Part shown: positions 8,684-18,021 of the stretch, piece after piece
Layout of the letters: every line of letters starts with the position of its first letter
Numbering within the stretch: the first letter of the stretch is position 1
DNA from: Promethearchaeota archaeon
GTDB taxonomy: Archaea; Asgardarchaeota; Lokiarchaeia; Sigyniarchaeales; SOKP01
NCBI GenBank assembly: GCA_029838195.1
Contig: JALGVJ010000051.1
Location: 1-23,200, forward strand
Direction: 5' to 3'
Length of the DNA stretch: 23,200 nucleotides
Position numbers and translations under genes: made by a program
Notes under the pieces: generated by a model
What the model saw: the letters and a program-made list of their open reading frames with translations, nothing else
What the model was told of the DNA's origin: nothing
Databases searched by the model: none

Positions 8684-10039
8684 ATGACAAGTGAAACGAA
8701 TACTATTGTCAGGGAAAAAAGCACAACTCGTAAATTCATTCTTTTCGCTCTACCTAAATATTCCAACTCCATTGTAATGGGATTTGCAGATCTTGCGTTA
8801 GCGACACTCTATATCTTAGCATACCAACTCCCTCCTTTTTTAGTGGGCTTAGCACTAGGATTGGGCAAAATCACCATTGCTATTTCTCAATTCTTTTTTG
8901 GATGGATAAGTGATGCAAAATATACTCGACTGGGTCGAAGAAAACCCTATATAATCTTATTAGCACCAATATTGGGAATTTCTTTCATTTTACTTTTACT
9001 GCCGAGCATGTTAATAGATATTACCAATATTGAGGCACTTTTCATTTGGTTATTGGTGATCTATCAATTCTTTAACATGAGTTATGCAATCACGACGCCC
9101 TTTAATGCATGGATGGTGGAACAATTTTCAGTAGAAGAACGCCCGAAAGCAGCTCAAATCCAAACTGCTTTTGATATTTTAGGGGTGGCAACAATTTCAG
9201 TTTTCTCATTAATCATCATGACGGATTTTATTTCCAAAGTAAGAGAAAACCCGGAAATTCTTCCGCCGAGTTTCTTTTACAGCGTGATAGCATTTGGGAT
9301 AATGGTAATTGTGGTATTTTATTTGGTGTGCTTTTTAATGCCAACAGAACCCCATTTTAAAATTGAATCTACCATATTTCAGTATTTAAAGGTAGTGCTT
9401 AAAAATAAGAAATTTATTGCCGTCATTGGTATGATTGGGATTGCATCGCTTGGCTGGGTTCAAGTCTCTTCCTTAGTTCTATTATTCATTGAAGTTGTAT
9501 TAAAATTTGAATTCACGACTTATATTATGGCATCGGTTGTTTTTATTTTAGGAATTATTCTTTTTTTATACATGTGGAGAACGTTTATAAAAAAATTTGG
9601 GAAAAAACGCACGCTCATGTATGATCTAATAGCAGCGGTTATTTTTCTGCCTTTCACATTAATAGGATTAATTCCCATGCAATCCACTCTTATTTATGGG
9701 ATCATATTTGTTCTTGGAATTGCTGCTATTTATTCGGGATGGCAAATTCTTCAATACATAATGATTCCGGACATTTCCGAAGATGACGAAAAAGCTACTG
9801 GCGAATTAAAAGCAGGGACCTATAAAGGTATTCCTAGTATTCCTCTTAATTTCTTTCAAGCCATTGGACTCATTATAATGGGTAGCATTTTAGAATTGCC
9901 AGAAATATCAGTTGGTTCTTCGAGTTTTTCAATAGGATACGTGTTATGGGGCCCGATTTGTTCTGCTATTTTATTGATAACACTTTTTTACGCTAAAAAA
10001 TACATTACATTAGATTTTGAATGGGAGAAAAAAGATTAA
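8684..10039 (+). CDS. MFS transporter, GPH family
   Basis: GWISDAKYTRLGRRKPY signature, EERPK, DISEDDE...KAGTY; 11-12 TM helices; AAGGA upstream of ATG. Confidence 0.9.
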   Translation: MTSETNTIVREKSTTRKFILFALPKYSNSIVMGFADLALATLYILAYQLPPFLVGLALGLGKITIAISQFFFGWISDAKYTRLGRRKPYIILLAPILGISFILLLLPSMLIDITNIEALFIWLLVIYQFFNMSYAITTPFNAWMVEQFSVEERPKAAQIQTAFDILGVATISVFSLIIMTDFISKVRENPEILPPSFFYSVIAFGIMVIVVFYLVCFLMPTEPHFKIESTIFQYLKVVLKNKKFIAVIGMIGIASLGWVQVSSLVLLFIEVVLKFEFTTYIMASVVFILGIILFLYMWRTFIKKFGKKRTLMYDLIAAVIFLPFTLIGLIPMQSTLIYGIIFVLGIAAIYSGWQILQYIMIPDISEDDEKATGELKAGTYKGIPSIPLNFFQAIGLIIMGSILELPEISVGSSSFSIGYVLWGPICSAILLITLFYAKKYITLDFEWEKKD

Positions 10040-10143
10040 AAAAGAATCTTAAATTTTTTTTTTTTAATTATTGCCGGTTTTGGCATTAAAATGTCAAGAT
10101 AATTAAATTTTTTATGAAATTTCTTTAAAGGGAAAAGAACAAA

Positions 10144-11370
10144 ATGAATCCCCGAAAAATTCCAAGAATTATTTTTAAAGAATCGAAGGTACCAATATAT
10201 AGCTTGCCTGACCCGCTGATTAATTCTGATAATACTCCTGTATCGAATGAAAAAGAATGGTGGACCAAGCGTCGTCCTGAAATAATGAAATTATTTGAGG
10301 AAAATGTATACGGTAAAATGCCGGGAAAACCTTCTAAATTTGGTTTTGAAATAAAAAAATTGAAAAGGAATGCTCTAAAGGGGAAATCAACTCTCAAAGA
10401 AATAAGTATTCAAATAGAAAATAATAATAAAGAAATTACCTTAAATCTGCTCATTTTTCAACCTAACAATGGAGAAAAACCTTATAAAACTTTCTTAGGT
10501 TTAAATTTTTATGGAAATCACACCATTCATCCCAGTCCCGATATAACTATTACTGATCAATGGATTCCTAATGATAAGGAACAGGGTATAACCGAAAACA
10601 AAGCTACGGAATCTACAAGAGGCATGCGTGCCGAAAGATGGTCCGTTGAGCACGTAATAGATAGGGGATATGCTATTGCAACAGTTTATAATGGAGATAT
10701 TGATCCCGATTTCGATGATGGATTTCAAAATGGTGTACATCCTTTATTTTATCGTGAAGGGCAGAACAAACCGGCAGACGATGAATGGGGTACAATTGGA
10801 GCTTGGGCGTGGGGCTTGAGTCGCATATTGGATTATTTTGAACATGATGAGGATATTGATCATCATCGGGTTATTGTTTTTGGCCATTCTCGTCTTGGTA
10901 AAACAGCATTATGGGCAGGAGCAACGGATCAACGCTTTGCCATCGTCATATCGAATAATTCTGGTGCTGGAGGTGCTGCTTTATTTCGCAGGAAATTTGG
11001 AGAAACCATTTATTATTTAAACAAAACTTTTCCCCATTGGTTTTGCCAAAATTTCAAAAAATATGATGAAAAAGAGAATGAATTACCCGTTGATCAACAC
11101 ATGCTAATTTCCCTCATCGCACCAAGACCGGTATACGTGGCAAGTGCGCAAGAAGATTTCTGGTCAGATCCAAGAGGCGAATTTTTAAGCGCTAAACATG
11201 CTGATCCGGTCTATAAATTATTAGGGACGAATGGATTAAATGCTAACGAAATGCCTGATATCCATCATCCTATTTATTCAACAATCGGATATCACATTAG
11301 ATCTGGGGATCATGATTTAACTCGCTATGATTTAGATAGATTCCTTGATTTTGCCGATAAGCATCTTTAA
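10144..11370 (+). CDS. CE15-family carbohydrate esterase (4-O-methyl-glucuronoyl methylesterase-like)
   Basis: LPDPL, RRPEI..LFEENVYG, WGTIGAWAWGLSR, nucleophile motif GHSRLGK, LPVDQH, IAPRP, EDFWSDPRGE and C-terminal His in GDHD. No signal peptide. Confidence 0.88.
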   Translation: MNPRKIPRIIFKESKVPIYSLPDPLINSDNTPVSNEKEWWTKRRPEIMKLFEENVYGKMPGKPSKFGFEIKKLKRNALKGKSTLKEISIQIENNNKEITLNLLIFQPNNGEKPYKTFLGLNFYGNHTIHPSPDITITDQWIPNDKEQGITENKATESTRGMRAERWSVEHVIDRGYAIATVYNGDIDPDFDDGFQNGVHPLFYREGQNKPADDEWGTIGAWAWGLSRILDYFEHDEDIDHHRVIVFGHSRLGKTALWAGATDQRFAIVISNNSGAGGAALFRRKFGETIYYLNKTFPHWFCQNFKKYDEKENELPVDQHMLISLIAPRPVYVASAQEDFWSDPRGEFLSAKHADPVYKLLGTNGLNANEMPDIHHPIYSTIGYHIRSGDHDLTRYDLDRFLDFADKHL

Positions 11371-11430
11371 ATTAACTTTCTTGTTAAAAAAACATGAACA
11401 CGTGATTATCCGGCAAATCTAATTTAATCT

Positions 11431-12624
11431 TCAAGGAAAATTTGGATTATCTAGCCGTATATAATTTAAGTACCTTCTAATGAATTCAAAAAGGGCATCA
11501 ATATTAGGAGAAAATCCTGTACGCACGAAGATTGCCGTTAAAGCATTTCCCATTAATAAAGATTCCGCTTCATCTAAACCACATGCTAAACCTGCTATTA
11601 AACCAGCATTAAAATGATCTCCTGCCCCCGTCATAAATCTTGGAGCAGAAGTAAAGCCTTCCGTGACCCAATAAAGTTCTTGATAACATGCCATGACCGC
11701 AAAATGAGGCGTATGAGTCACGAGATAAGATAAGTTGAGTTTATTATTAATTTCTTTTGTAATAATAGGGAGATCACCCCCACTCTCTTTGTTAATTTGC
11801 CCCGTCCTTTCTATCTTTAATGCTCTATATATATCTAAACATTCTTGATCATTTAATGATAATACTACGGGAACATCTTCATTTATTTTTTTTAAAATTG
11901 TCAACATCTCTAAAATATCCTCTCTCGTTCGCTTTTTAATATCTGCTAAATCAACAAAAAAAAGTTTCTTTCTTAATTGAGAGAGTGTAGGAAATACCTC
12001 TTCTTGCACGTGCTTCCAAATATTACTTAATTCGGGAATTAAAGACCAATGTCCAAAACCCATGATATTTACCTTCTCTAAAATTTCAGCCAGTCGTTCT
12101 ATAGATACTCGTTCTTTTATTAAATTCCAACTAATTTTGAAAATGTTAGTAAAATCTTGCATCATGATTTTCCCATCATTAAACTCTAAAGCGATTGTAT
12201 CCCCAGGATCTACATAGGAGATTATTTCGGTGTTTTTATTCGAGCCTAACGGTAAAAATATATTATGTACTTGGGGATATCCACATGCCGCAACTAAATA
12301 CACCCTTACACCCAATGCATTTAATGCTCCACAAGTATTAGGAGCAAACCCGCCATGTGTTCTACTTTTTAATACCCGCTCTATACTCGTAGAACTTCCC
12401 GCAGCACTTAACACCCGCTCACCGTACTCTCTCATGGATTCCATTCTAACCCAATCAGATTTGCTTTTTCTAATTTTAACCATCGAGTAGAGGGAATCAA
12501 TATATCCATCTAATCCAAGGAAACATTCTATTTTAGAAATCTCACGTATTATCTCATCTTTTTTCTTGTTTAAAGAAGTGTGGGCTTCAAACGTGAAATC
12601 ATATTTATTTTTCTTTTCCAGCAT
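11431..12624 (-). CDS. PfkB/ribokinase-family carbohydrate kinase
   Basis: GGFAPN substrate-site motif, LNDQE, and anion-hole motif TGAGDHFNAG with the catalytic Asp. Confidence 0.85.
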   Translation of the reverse strand: MLEKKNKYDFTFEAHTSLNKKKDEIIREISKIECFLGLDGYIDSLYSMVKIRKSKSDWVRMESMREYGERVLSAAGSSTSIERVLKSRTHGGFAPNTCGALNALGVRVYLVAACGYPQVHNIFLPLGSNKNTEIISYVDPGDTIALEFNDGKIMMQDFTNIFKISWNLIKERVSIERLAEILEKVNIMGFGHWSLIPELSNIWKHVQEEVFPTLSQLRKKLFFVDLADIKKRTREDILEMLTILKKINEDVPVVLSLNDQECLDIYRALKIERTGQINKESGGDLPIITKEINNKLNLSYLVTHTPHFAVMACYQELYWVTEGFTSAPRFMTGAGDHFNAGLIAGLACGLDEAESLLMGNALTAIFVRTGFSPNIDALFEFIRRYLNYIRLDNPNFP

Positions 12625-12780
12625 GGTCCCAATAAAATTTAATTCTTGCTATTGTTAATAAACTTAAATATTTTAAAATTTTTAAGTAGTAAAAAACAAG
12701 TCATTTTCCGTATCATCATTCCCCATTGTCTCTCGCAAAAAAACAATAAAACAATAAAAAAAAAGAAATATTAATTTTAT

Positions 12781-13527
12781 CTATTTTTCCTTTATTAATA
12801 TTTTCTTCAAGCGGTCAGGCAAGATCCACCCGAAATAAAAGAAAATCGCAGAAGACATTAAAAAAATACGATTCATCACGATTAAAAATGGCTGTGTTAA
12901 AAAGATTGCAATAGAATCAAGAACCGCACTAACCGTGAAAAGAATAAATGCTATGATTAAAAATCGTCCTTTCCATTGGATTTCTTTTTCAGTTGACTTC
13001 AAGGACTTCGAAGCAAACATTAAGAAAGTGATAAACGCAATTCCCAAGAAAAACATGAAGGTTATTCGCATGAATGGAGAATAGATTGCTAAAAATGGAG
13101 CGCCAAAATATCCAATCAAGTTCTCTCTATCAATTATCAGAAACGTGAAAAAAAGCACTTCACAAGTTAAACTTATTATCGCAATTATTGAAACAATGAG
13201 TTTTTGCTTATTTTTATAAAGAAAATCCGTAAAAACAATGAACCATAAAAGGACGATTATGGGAATAGAAGTATAAGCTATGATAAACCGCATTGTTATG
13301 AAGGATTCACTCTCGATGACTAAAGGATTAAAAAAATAAACGATAATCGTTATAGCGCCATGCAGCCAGGGCGTACAAATGCCCATCCACGTCAATCCTA
13401 TTAAAATATAGTCCCTTTTCTTGTAAATTCTATATTTTGAAAGAATGGTAAGCCCAACAATAAAAGAAATGATTACAAATACTAAATTCAAGCTTCCTTG
13501 AAGGATTTCAGCAATTGTAAGAGCCAT
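12781..13527 (-). CDS. Hypothetical 7-transmembrane protein
   Basis: 248 aa with seven hydrophobic segments, short loops and a C-terminal GWILPD..KK tail. No soluble output domain. Confidence 0.8.
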   Translation of the reverse strand: MALTIAEILQGSLNLVFVIISFIVGLTILSKYRIYKKRDYILIGLTWMGICTPWLHGAITIIVYFFNPLVIESESFITMRFIIAYTSIPIIVLLWFIVFTDFLYKNKQKLIVSIIAIISLTCEVLFFTFLIIDRENLIGYFGAPFLAIYSPFMRITFMFFLGIAFITFLMFASKSLKSTEKEIQWKGRFLIIAFILFTVSAVLDSIAIFLTQPFLIVMNRIFLMSSAIFFYFGWILPDRLKKILIKEK

Positions 13528-13732
13528 TTTAGATCTTTAATAAAGTTGATTTCAAATTGCTTTTTGAAAAATGCATCATGGTTAATAAATATTGATAATT
13601 TTCTGGGAAATGCGATTATTTTAAAAATTTTTTTAGGCTTGATAATATCATTGTTTTTCTAAAAAGGGTTAAAGTAATTCATGAACTAACCTTTAAAATT
13701 TAATTTACACCAATTCTTTTTTTATTAATAAC

Positions 13733-14845
13733 ATGTCTAAATTTTTTGAAGAAATTAAAGATCAACCTCGTGCCTTATCCCGTACTCTTAAAAAAATTAA
13801 GCAAGATTACATCCCTCAATTAAAAGAGCTTCAAAATGTAATAAATAATAGAAAGATTAACCACCTAATCTTTTCTGGCATGGGGTCAAGTTATTTTGCT
13901 ACTTTCTTGCCTTATTATTTATTGAATCAACATGGTATCCATGCGGAAATCCGGGAAACAGGAGAATTTACCTCACATGGTTTTCCTAAAACAAGCAATT
14001 CATTTCTAGAGGATTCTATCCTTTTTTTAGTTTCTCAATCCGGAGAATCGGGTGAAATCATTGAACTTTTAGAAAAGGTAAAACTTCTTGAAAGAAAACC
14101 AATAATCATGGCAATTACTAACAACCCCAAGAGTACGTTAGCTAAGAATTCAAACGCGTCGTTCATTTTTAACGCCGGAGAAGAATTATCTGTAACGTCA
14201 AAAAGTTATACTTGTACACTATTGATGTTATACTTGATTAGTAAGAGCATTATAGGACTCGAACCTTTTAATGAGAAAGACATGAACGATATAACGTTCC
14301 TTTTAGAAGTCATTAATAAGTTTTTTCCGGTAAATGATGCAATGGAAAAAAAATTCGATGAAATTTTATCTTTATTTGGATTAAACATTCCCTGCCTGGA
14401 AATCTTGGCACAAGGTCCTTCTTTAGCGACAGCCCATCAAGGAGCTTTAATTTATAAAGAAATCGTAAAATCTCCCTCCGAAGCCAATTCAATTTCGATG
14501 TATCATCACGGAGGAATTGAAAGTCTCAATCAACGTTCAAAAATAATTCTAATTTCTTCCGGAAAAAAATGCAATATTATATCTGAAAGATTTATTAAAA
14601 ATTTAAATGAAAAATGGGAATATGGGGCACTTTTATACATTTCCAATGAAAATCTAAAGGATAAATCCATTTTAACACATCCTCACTCTAAAATCCAAAT
14701 ATTTTCTCATGATATATCTAATGTATTTTTATCTCCCATAATAGAAATAGCGATTTTGCAAGTATTATTTTATAAAATGGCAGTAAAAAAAGGATTAGAA
14801 CCGGGGAAATTTAGGTTCTCTCAAAAAATTACTCCCGTTCTATAA
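13733..14845 (+). CDS. Double-SIS-domain sugar-phosphate isomerase/deaminase (GlmS C-terminal-like; GlmD/FrlB/AgaS group)
   Basis: EIKDQP, GMGSSY, VSQSGES, ITNNPKSTLA, AGEE.SVTSKSY, YKE, HHG and C-terminal KIT. No N-terminal glutaminase (Cys1) domain. Confidence 0.85.
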   Translation: MSKFFEEIKDQPRALSRTLKKIKQDYIPQLKELQNVINNRKINHLIFSGMGSSYFATFLPYYLLNQHGIHAEIRETGEFTSHGFPKTSNSFLEDSILFLVSQSGESGEIIELLEKVKLLERKPIIMAITNNPKSTLAKNSNASFIFNAGEELSVTSKSYTCTLLMLYLISKSIIGLEPFNEKDMNDITFLLEVINKFFPVNDAMEKKFDEILSLFGLNIPCLEILAQGPSLATAHQGALIYKEIVKSPSEANSISMYHHGGIESLNQRSKIILISSGKKCNIISERFIKNLNEKWEYGALLYISNENLKDKSILTHPHSKIQIFSHDISNVFLSPIIEIAILQVLFYKMAVKKGLEPGKFRFSQKITPVL

Positions 14846-14969
14846 TAGTAAAGTAATTTTAAAATATCAAGTGGTCCGTGCATTTAAAATTGAATTATTT
14901 CATCCTATGAAATTATAAAGATTACCTTACACGATGAAAAATTCTTAAGATCCCAAGTATTTCATAATT

Positions 14970-14976
14970 TTTATAT
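14970..14976 (+). promoter_or_regulatory. Putative archaeal TATA box for the MFS gene at 15009
   Basis: TTTATAT ends ~33 bp upstream of ATG 15009, about the same spacing as at 2094. Confidence 0.3.
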
Positions 14977-15008
14977 TTCTTCAACAATTTCGAAATTTTG
15001 ATTACCTC

Positions 15009-16421
15009 ATGACCGATTCAAATTTAGATATTTCCATGCCAACCATGTTCAAGTCCTATTTTCCCGTATATTTATTATCTGGATTGTTTTCTTTAGCATT
15101 TAGTGGCATATACATAATGGTGGTTCCTTTATCTTCTTTATTTTGGCCAGATGAGCCTTATCATGCCTTGGAAATGGGCTTTCTCATTACTTCAATGTTT
15201 TGGGTGATATCTATCGCGGGTCTTTTCTTTGGACGTCTCATTGATAAGTATAGCAGGACTAATATTTTATTTCTCATCTCCCTACTTCGAGGAATTAGCA
15301 TGATAATGTTAAGTTTTACTACAATTGGACTTGGACTTCGCTCGTGGCTCTATTTTTATGTTTTCACCTTTATAATTGGGTTCTCAGCCGGAGGAAATTT
15401 TCCTACAATAGTATCTCTTTCTCATGATTTAGTTCCCGTTAATCACCGTTCTCGCTTTTTCGGGATTCATAAAATCACTCGTAATTCATTTCAATTAATG
15501 GGGTTTCTTTTGACGGGCATGTTAATTTATTTTAATGCGTGGAGATTTTTTTTTAGCGGAATAGGGATTGCTATTCTAATCTCCGGAATTTTGATGAAAT
15601 TAAAAATTAAGGAACCAAAAAGAGGAATACAAAGATCTGAACTAACTCACATTTTACAAGAGGAATCCATTATCTATAAATATCAACTAGATAGACAAAT
15701 GATGATGGAAACCATATTTAGCAAGACGAATATAGTAGCTTTAATCGAAGGAATTTTCACGAGCATGTACATGGGAAGTTTAACCATTCTTTTCCTCCCA
15801 TATATTCAAACAGAACCTCATAATATTTCACCTCTTGCTACGGGTATTTTTCTAGCATTGTTTGGCTTAACAGGAGGGTTAATTATTAATTTGCTGTTAG
15901 CACGATTATCCGATAACATGTCAAAAGAAAAATCTGAAAATCGACTATATTTAATCATTTTCTCAGTTGGCGGAGGTGCACTCACATTCGTCTTGCTATT
16001 CTTTATTCCGCTTCCTGAATTAACTGTTGAGCAAGGCAATGATATTCTTTTCATATTTTCTCATCCAATTATTTGGCTCATGGGGTTAATATATGTTACT
16101 ACTTCATCAATTTCAGCATTATATGACATAAACCAACCTCCCATTCTACAAGAAATTAATTTGCCTGAAGCTCAAGGACAAATCATGGCAATAAATCGCC
16201 TCTTGGAAAGTATTGGATTTGGGTCGGGACCGTTAATCGCAGGAATTTTGATCTACTTTACGAACCAAAATTATCAAATAGTGGCATTATTAATCGGTCT
16301 TTTTTCCATCCCGGGAATGATTTTATGGATCTTTGGAATCCACTGGTATCAAGAAGATAGTAAAAAAATAAGAAAAATACTTTTAGAAAGAGCTCAAGAA
16401 TTAAAAAATGAAAATTCATGA
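15009..16421 (+). CDS. MFS transporter (Spinster-like motifs)
   Basis: Motif A GRLIDKYSR, DLVPVNHRSRFFG, post-TM6 KEPKRG and EINLPEAQG; about 12 TM helices. Confidence 0.88.
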   Translation: MTDSNLDISMPTMFKSYFPVYLLSGLFSLAFSGIYIMVVPLSSLFWPDEPYHALEMGFLITSMFWVISIAGLFFGRLIDKYSRTNILFLISLLRGISMIMLSFTTIGLGLRSWLYFYVFTFIIGFSAGGNFPTIVSLSHDLVPVNHRSRFFGIHKITRNSFQLMGFLLTGMLIYFNAWRFFFSGIGIAILISGILMKLKIKEPKRGIQRSELTHILQEESIIYKYQLDRQMMMETIFSKTNIVALIEGIFTSMYMGSLTILFLPYIQTEPHNISPLATGIFLALFGLTGGLIINLLLARLSDNMSKEKSENRLYLIIFSVGGGALTFVLLFFIPLPELTVEQGNDILFIFSHPIIWLMGLIYVTTSSISALYDINQPPILQEINLPEAQGQIMAINRLLESIGFGSGPLIAGILIYFTNQNYQIVALLIGLFSIPGMILWIFGIHWYQEDSKKIRKILLERAQELKNENS

Positions 16422-16492
16422 CATGCTCGGAATGTTCTTATCTCATGATCGGTTAAAAAAGAATTAATTTAATATACAAGGGGTTTTTAATT

Positions 16493-17626
16493 TTATTTTA
16501 ATCCATACTCTTGTACAATTTTTGATATTTGCTCAAGTTTTTTTATATCTCCATTGGGGGGAAATTCATCAGAAACTCCAAGGATCAACCGGGGAGAAAA
16601 AAGATCTAAAACCTTTAAAGTAAATTTTTGAACCTGTTCGCAAGAATATTCCGAGAGAAAAAGAATAGAAGGGATTCCATCTAATAATATCTTTTCTCCT
16701 ATTGCTTTTTTAATTTCTTCTAATGAAACATCACCTTGAGGGAAGGGGGTTAAAGCTTCATATCCATCAAAAGGTAATTCAGAAAGAAATGGAAGTAAAT
16801 TCTTGATTGAACCATCCATGTGAATGTGGCAAAATTTACCTGCCTTTTTTAATTGATTTACACGTTGTTCATAATACGGAACTAAATATTTTTTAAAATA
16901 AGGAGGGCTGCTCAAGTTAGCATCGATATTTTCGCCAAAATTAACAATTTGCAGCGGAGAGCGTGCAATTTCATCGAACATTTTATTATCCCAAAGACTT
17001 AAAAAATGGATGAAATCCAATATCTCTTGAGGATATCGCTTTAAAAATAAAATCGTGCGAGAAAAACCCATATATTCAAGAATCAATTTTTGATAAGGAC
17101 TACGACCCAAATAAGTGCTAACAACCCCACTTTCTCCAAATAATTTTTCAGCTTTAAGAAAATTTTCGTTTGAAAAATGAATTTCGGAATTTTCTAAAAT
17201 ATATCGCATTATTTTAATGTCTTCAATGGTTTTAATGGGATATTCCGTAAGATGGCCTCCCAAGCCTCCTCCAATTGAACTCACTTCTCGTAAATTTCCT
17301 AAGGGCGTGAAATAATACTTGATAAATTCATCTTTTTTTCCTCCACGTTTAGTTTTGATTCTAATTTCCGCTTCTGGTTTAAATCGGGTTTCTAACAAAT
17401 TTAAATAAAGAGTCTCTTCACAATACCGTGGACTGCTCTTTAACATTTCATGAATTTCTAATTGAGACTTCTTGAAATATTTTTTAGGAATAGCATGGCT
17501 TTTAGATGGATTAAATCTTTTATACAACTTGTTTACCATGTACCAATAATAGATTCTGGGACTAAAAACCATGTTATCAACGGGCTTGCCCATAAAAATA
17601 TTAATTACACGCTCCTTTAAATTCAT
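16493..17626 (-). CDS. Uroporphyrinogen decarboxylase / MtaA-CmuA methyltransferase superfamily protein
   Basis: N-terminal ERVINIFMGKPVD, EYPIKTIED, SPPYFKKYLVPYY, HIHMDG, P.PQGDVSLEE, LLDGIP and ILGVSDEFPP. Confidence 0.8.
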   Translation of the reverse strand: MNLKERVINIFMGKPVDNMVFSPRIYYWYMVNKLYKRFNPSKSHAIPKKYFKKSQLEIHEMLKSSPRYCEETLYLNLLETRFKPEAEIRIKTKRGGKKDEFIKYYFTPLGNLREVSSIGGGLGGHLTEYPIKTIEDIKIMRYILENSEIHFSNENFLKAEKLFGESGVVSTYLGRSPYQKLILEYMGFSRTILFLKRYPQEILDFIHFLSLWDNKMFDEIARSPLQIVNFGENIDANLSSPPYFKKYLVPYYEQRVNQLKKAGKFCHIHMDGSIKNLLPFLSELPFDGYEALTPFPQGDVSLEEIKKAIGEKILLDGIPSILFLSEYSCEQVQKFTLKVLDLFSPRLILGVSDEFPPNGDIKKLEQISKIVQEYGLK

Positions 17627-18021
17627 GAAAATCCCTCGTTTCGAAATCTCATTTTTTATTACTTAAAATTAAGAAAGCAATATATTAATTTAGAAAAGAT
17701 TTCATGTTAAGTCATTAAAACTTAGAAGAATAGGTTATAAATCGTACCTTTTTCGTGTTGAATGAACGTTATTAAAATTTTAACTTTCATGGATATATTT
17801 CAAGTCAATGGAAAATTTAATTCTAACTATTTAAGCAGCCTTAATGCTACTCTTTTTATTTTTGTCCTGCGACTTTTACCTCATCTTTCCTTATTAATTA
17901 AATCGGTTTAAGTCTATTAAATATCTTTATTTGTTAAATAAATTATACAATTATTAATGTCAATTTAATACTAGTATATCTATATAGATTCTTATGATTA
18001 AATGATTAAAATTAAATAAAA

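Noticed and set aside
12781-13527. Microbial rhodopsin
   Set aside because: TM7 has no retinal-binding Lys (no DxxxK or SxxxK motif).
13733-14845. glmS
   Set aside because: No N-terminal Cys glutaminase domain, and only 370 aa.
16493-17626. hemE
   Set aside because: Lacks the RQAGR porphyrinogen-binding motif, and there are no tetrapyrrole genes nearby.
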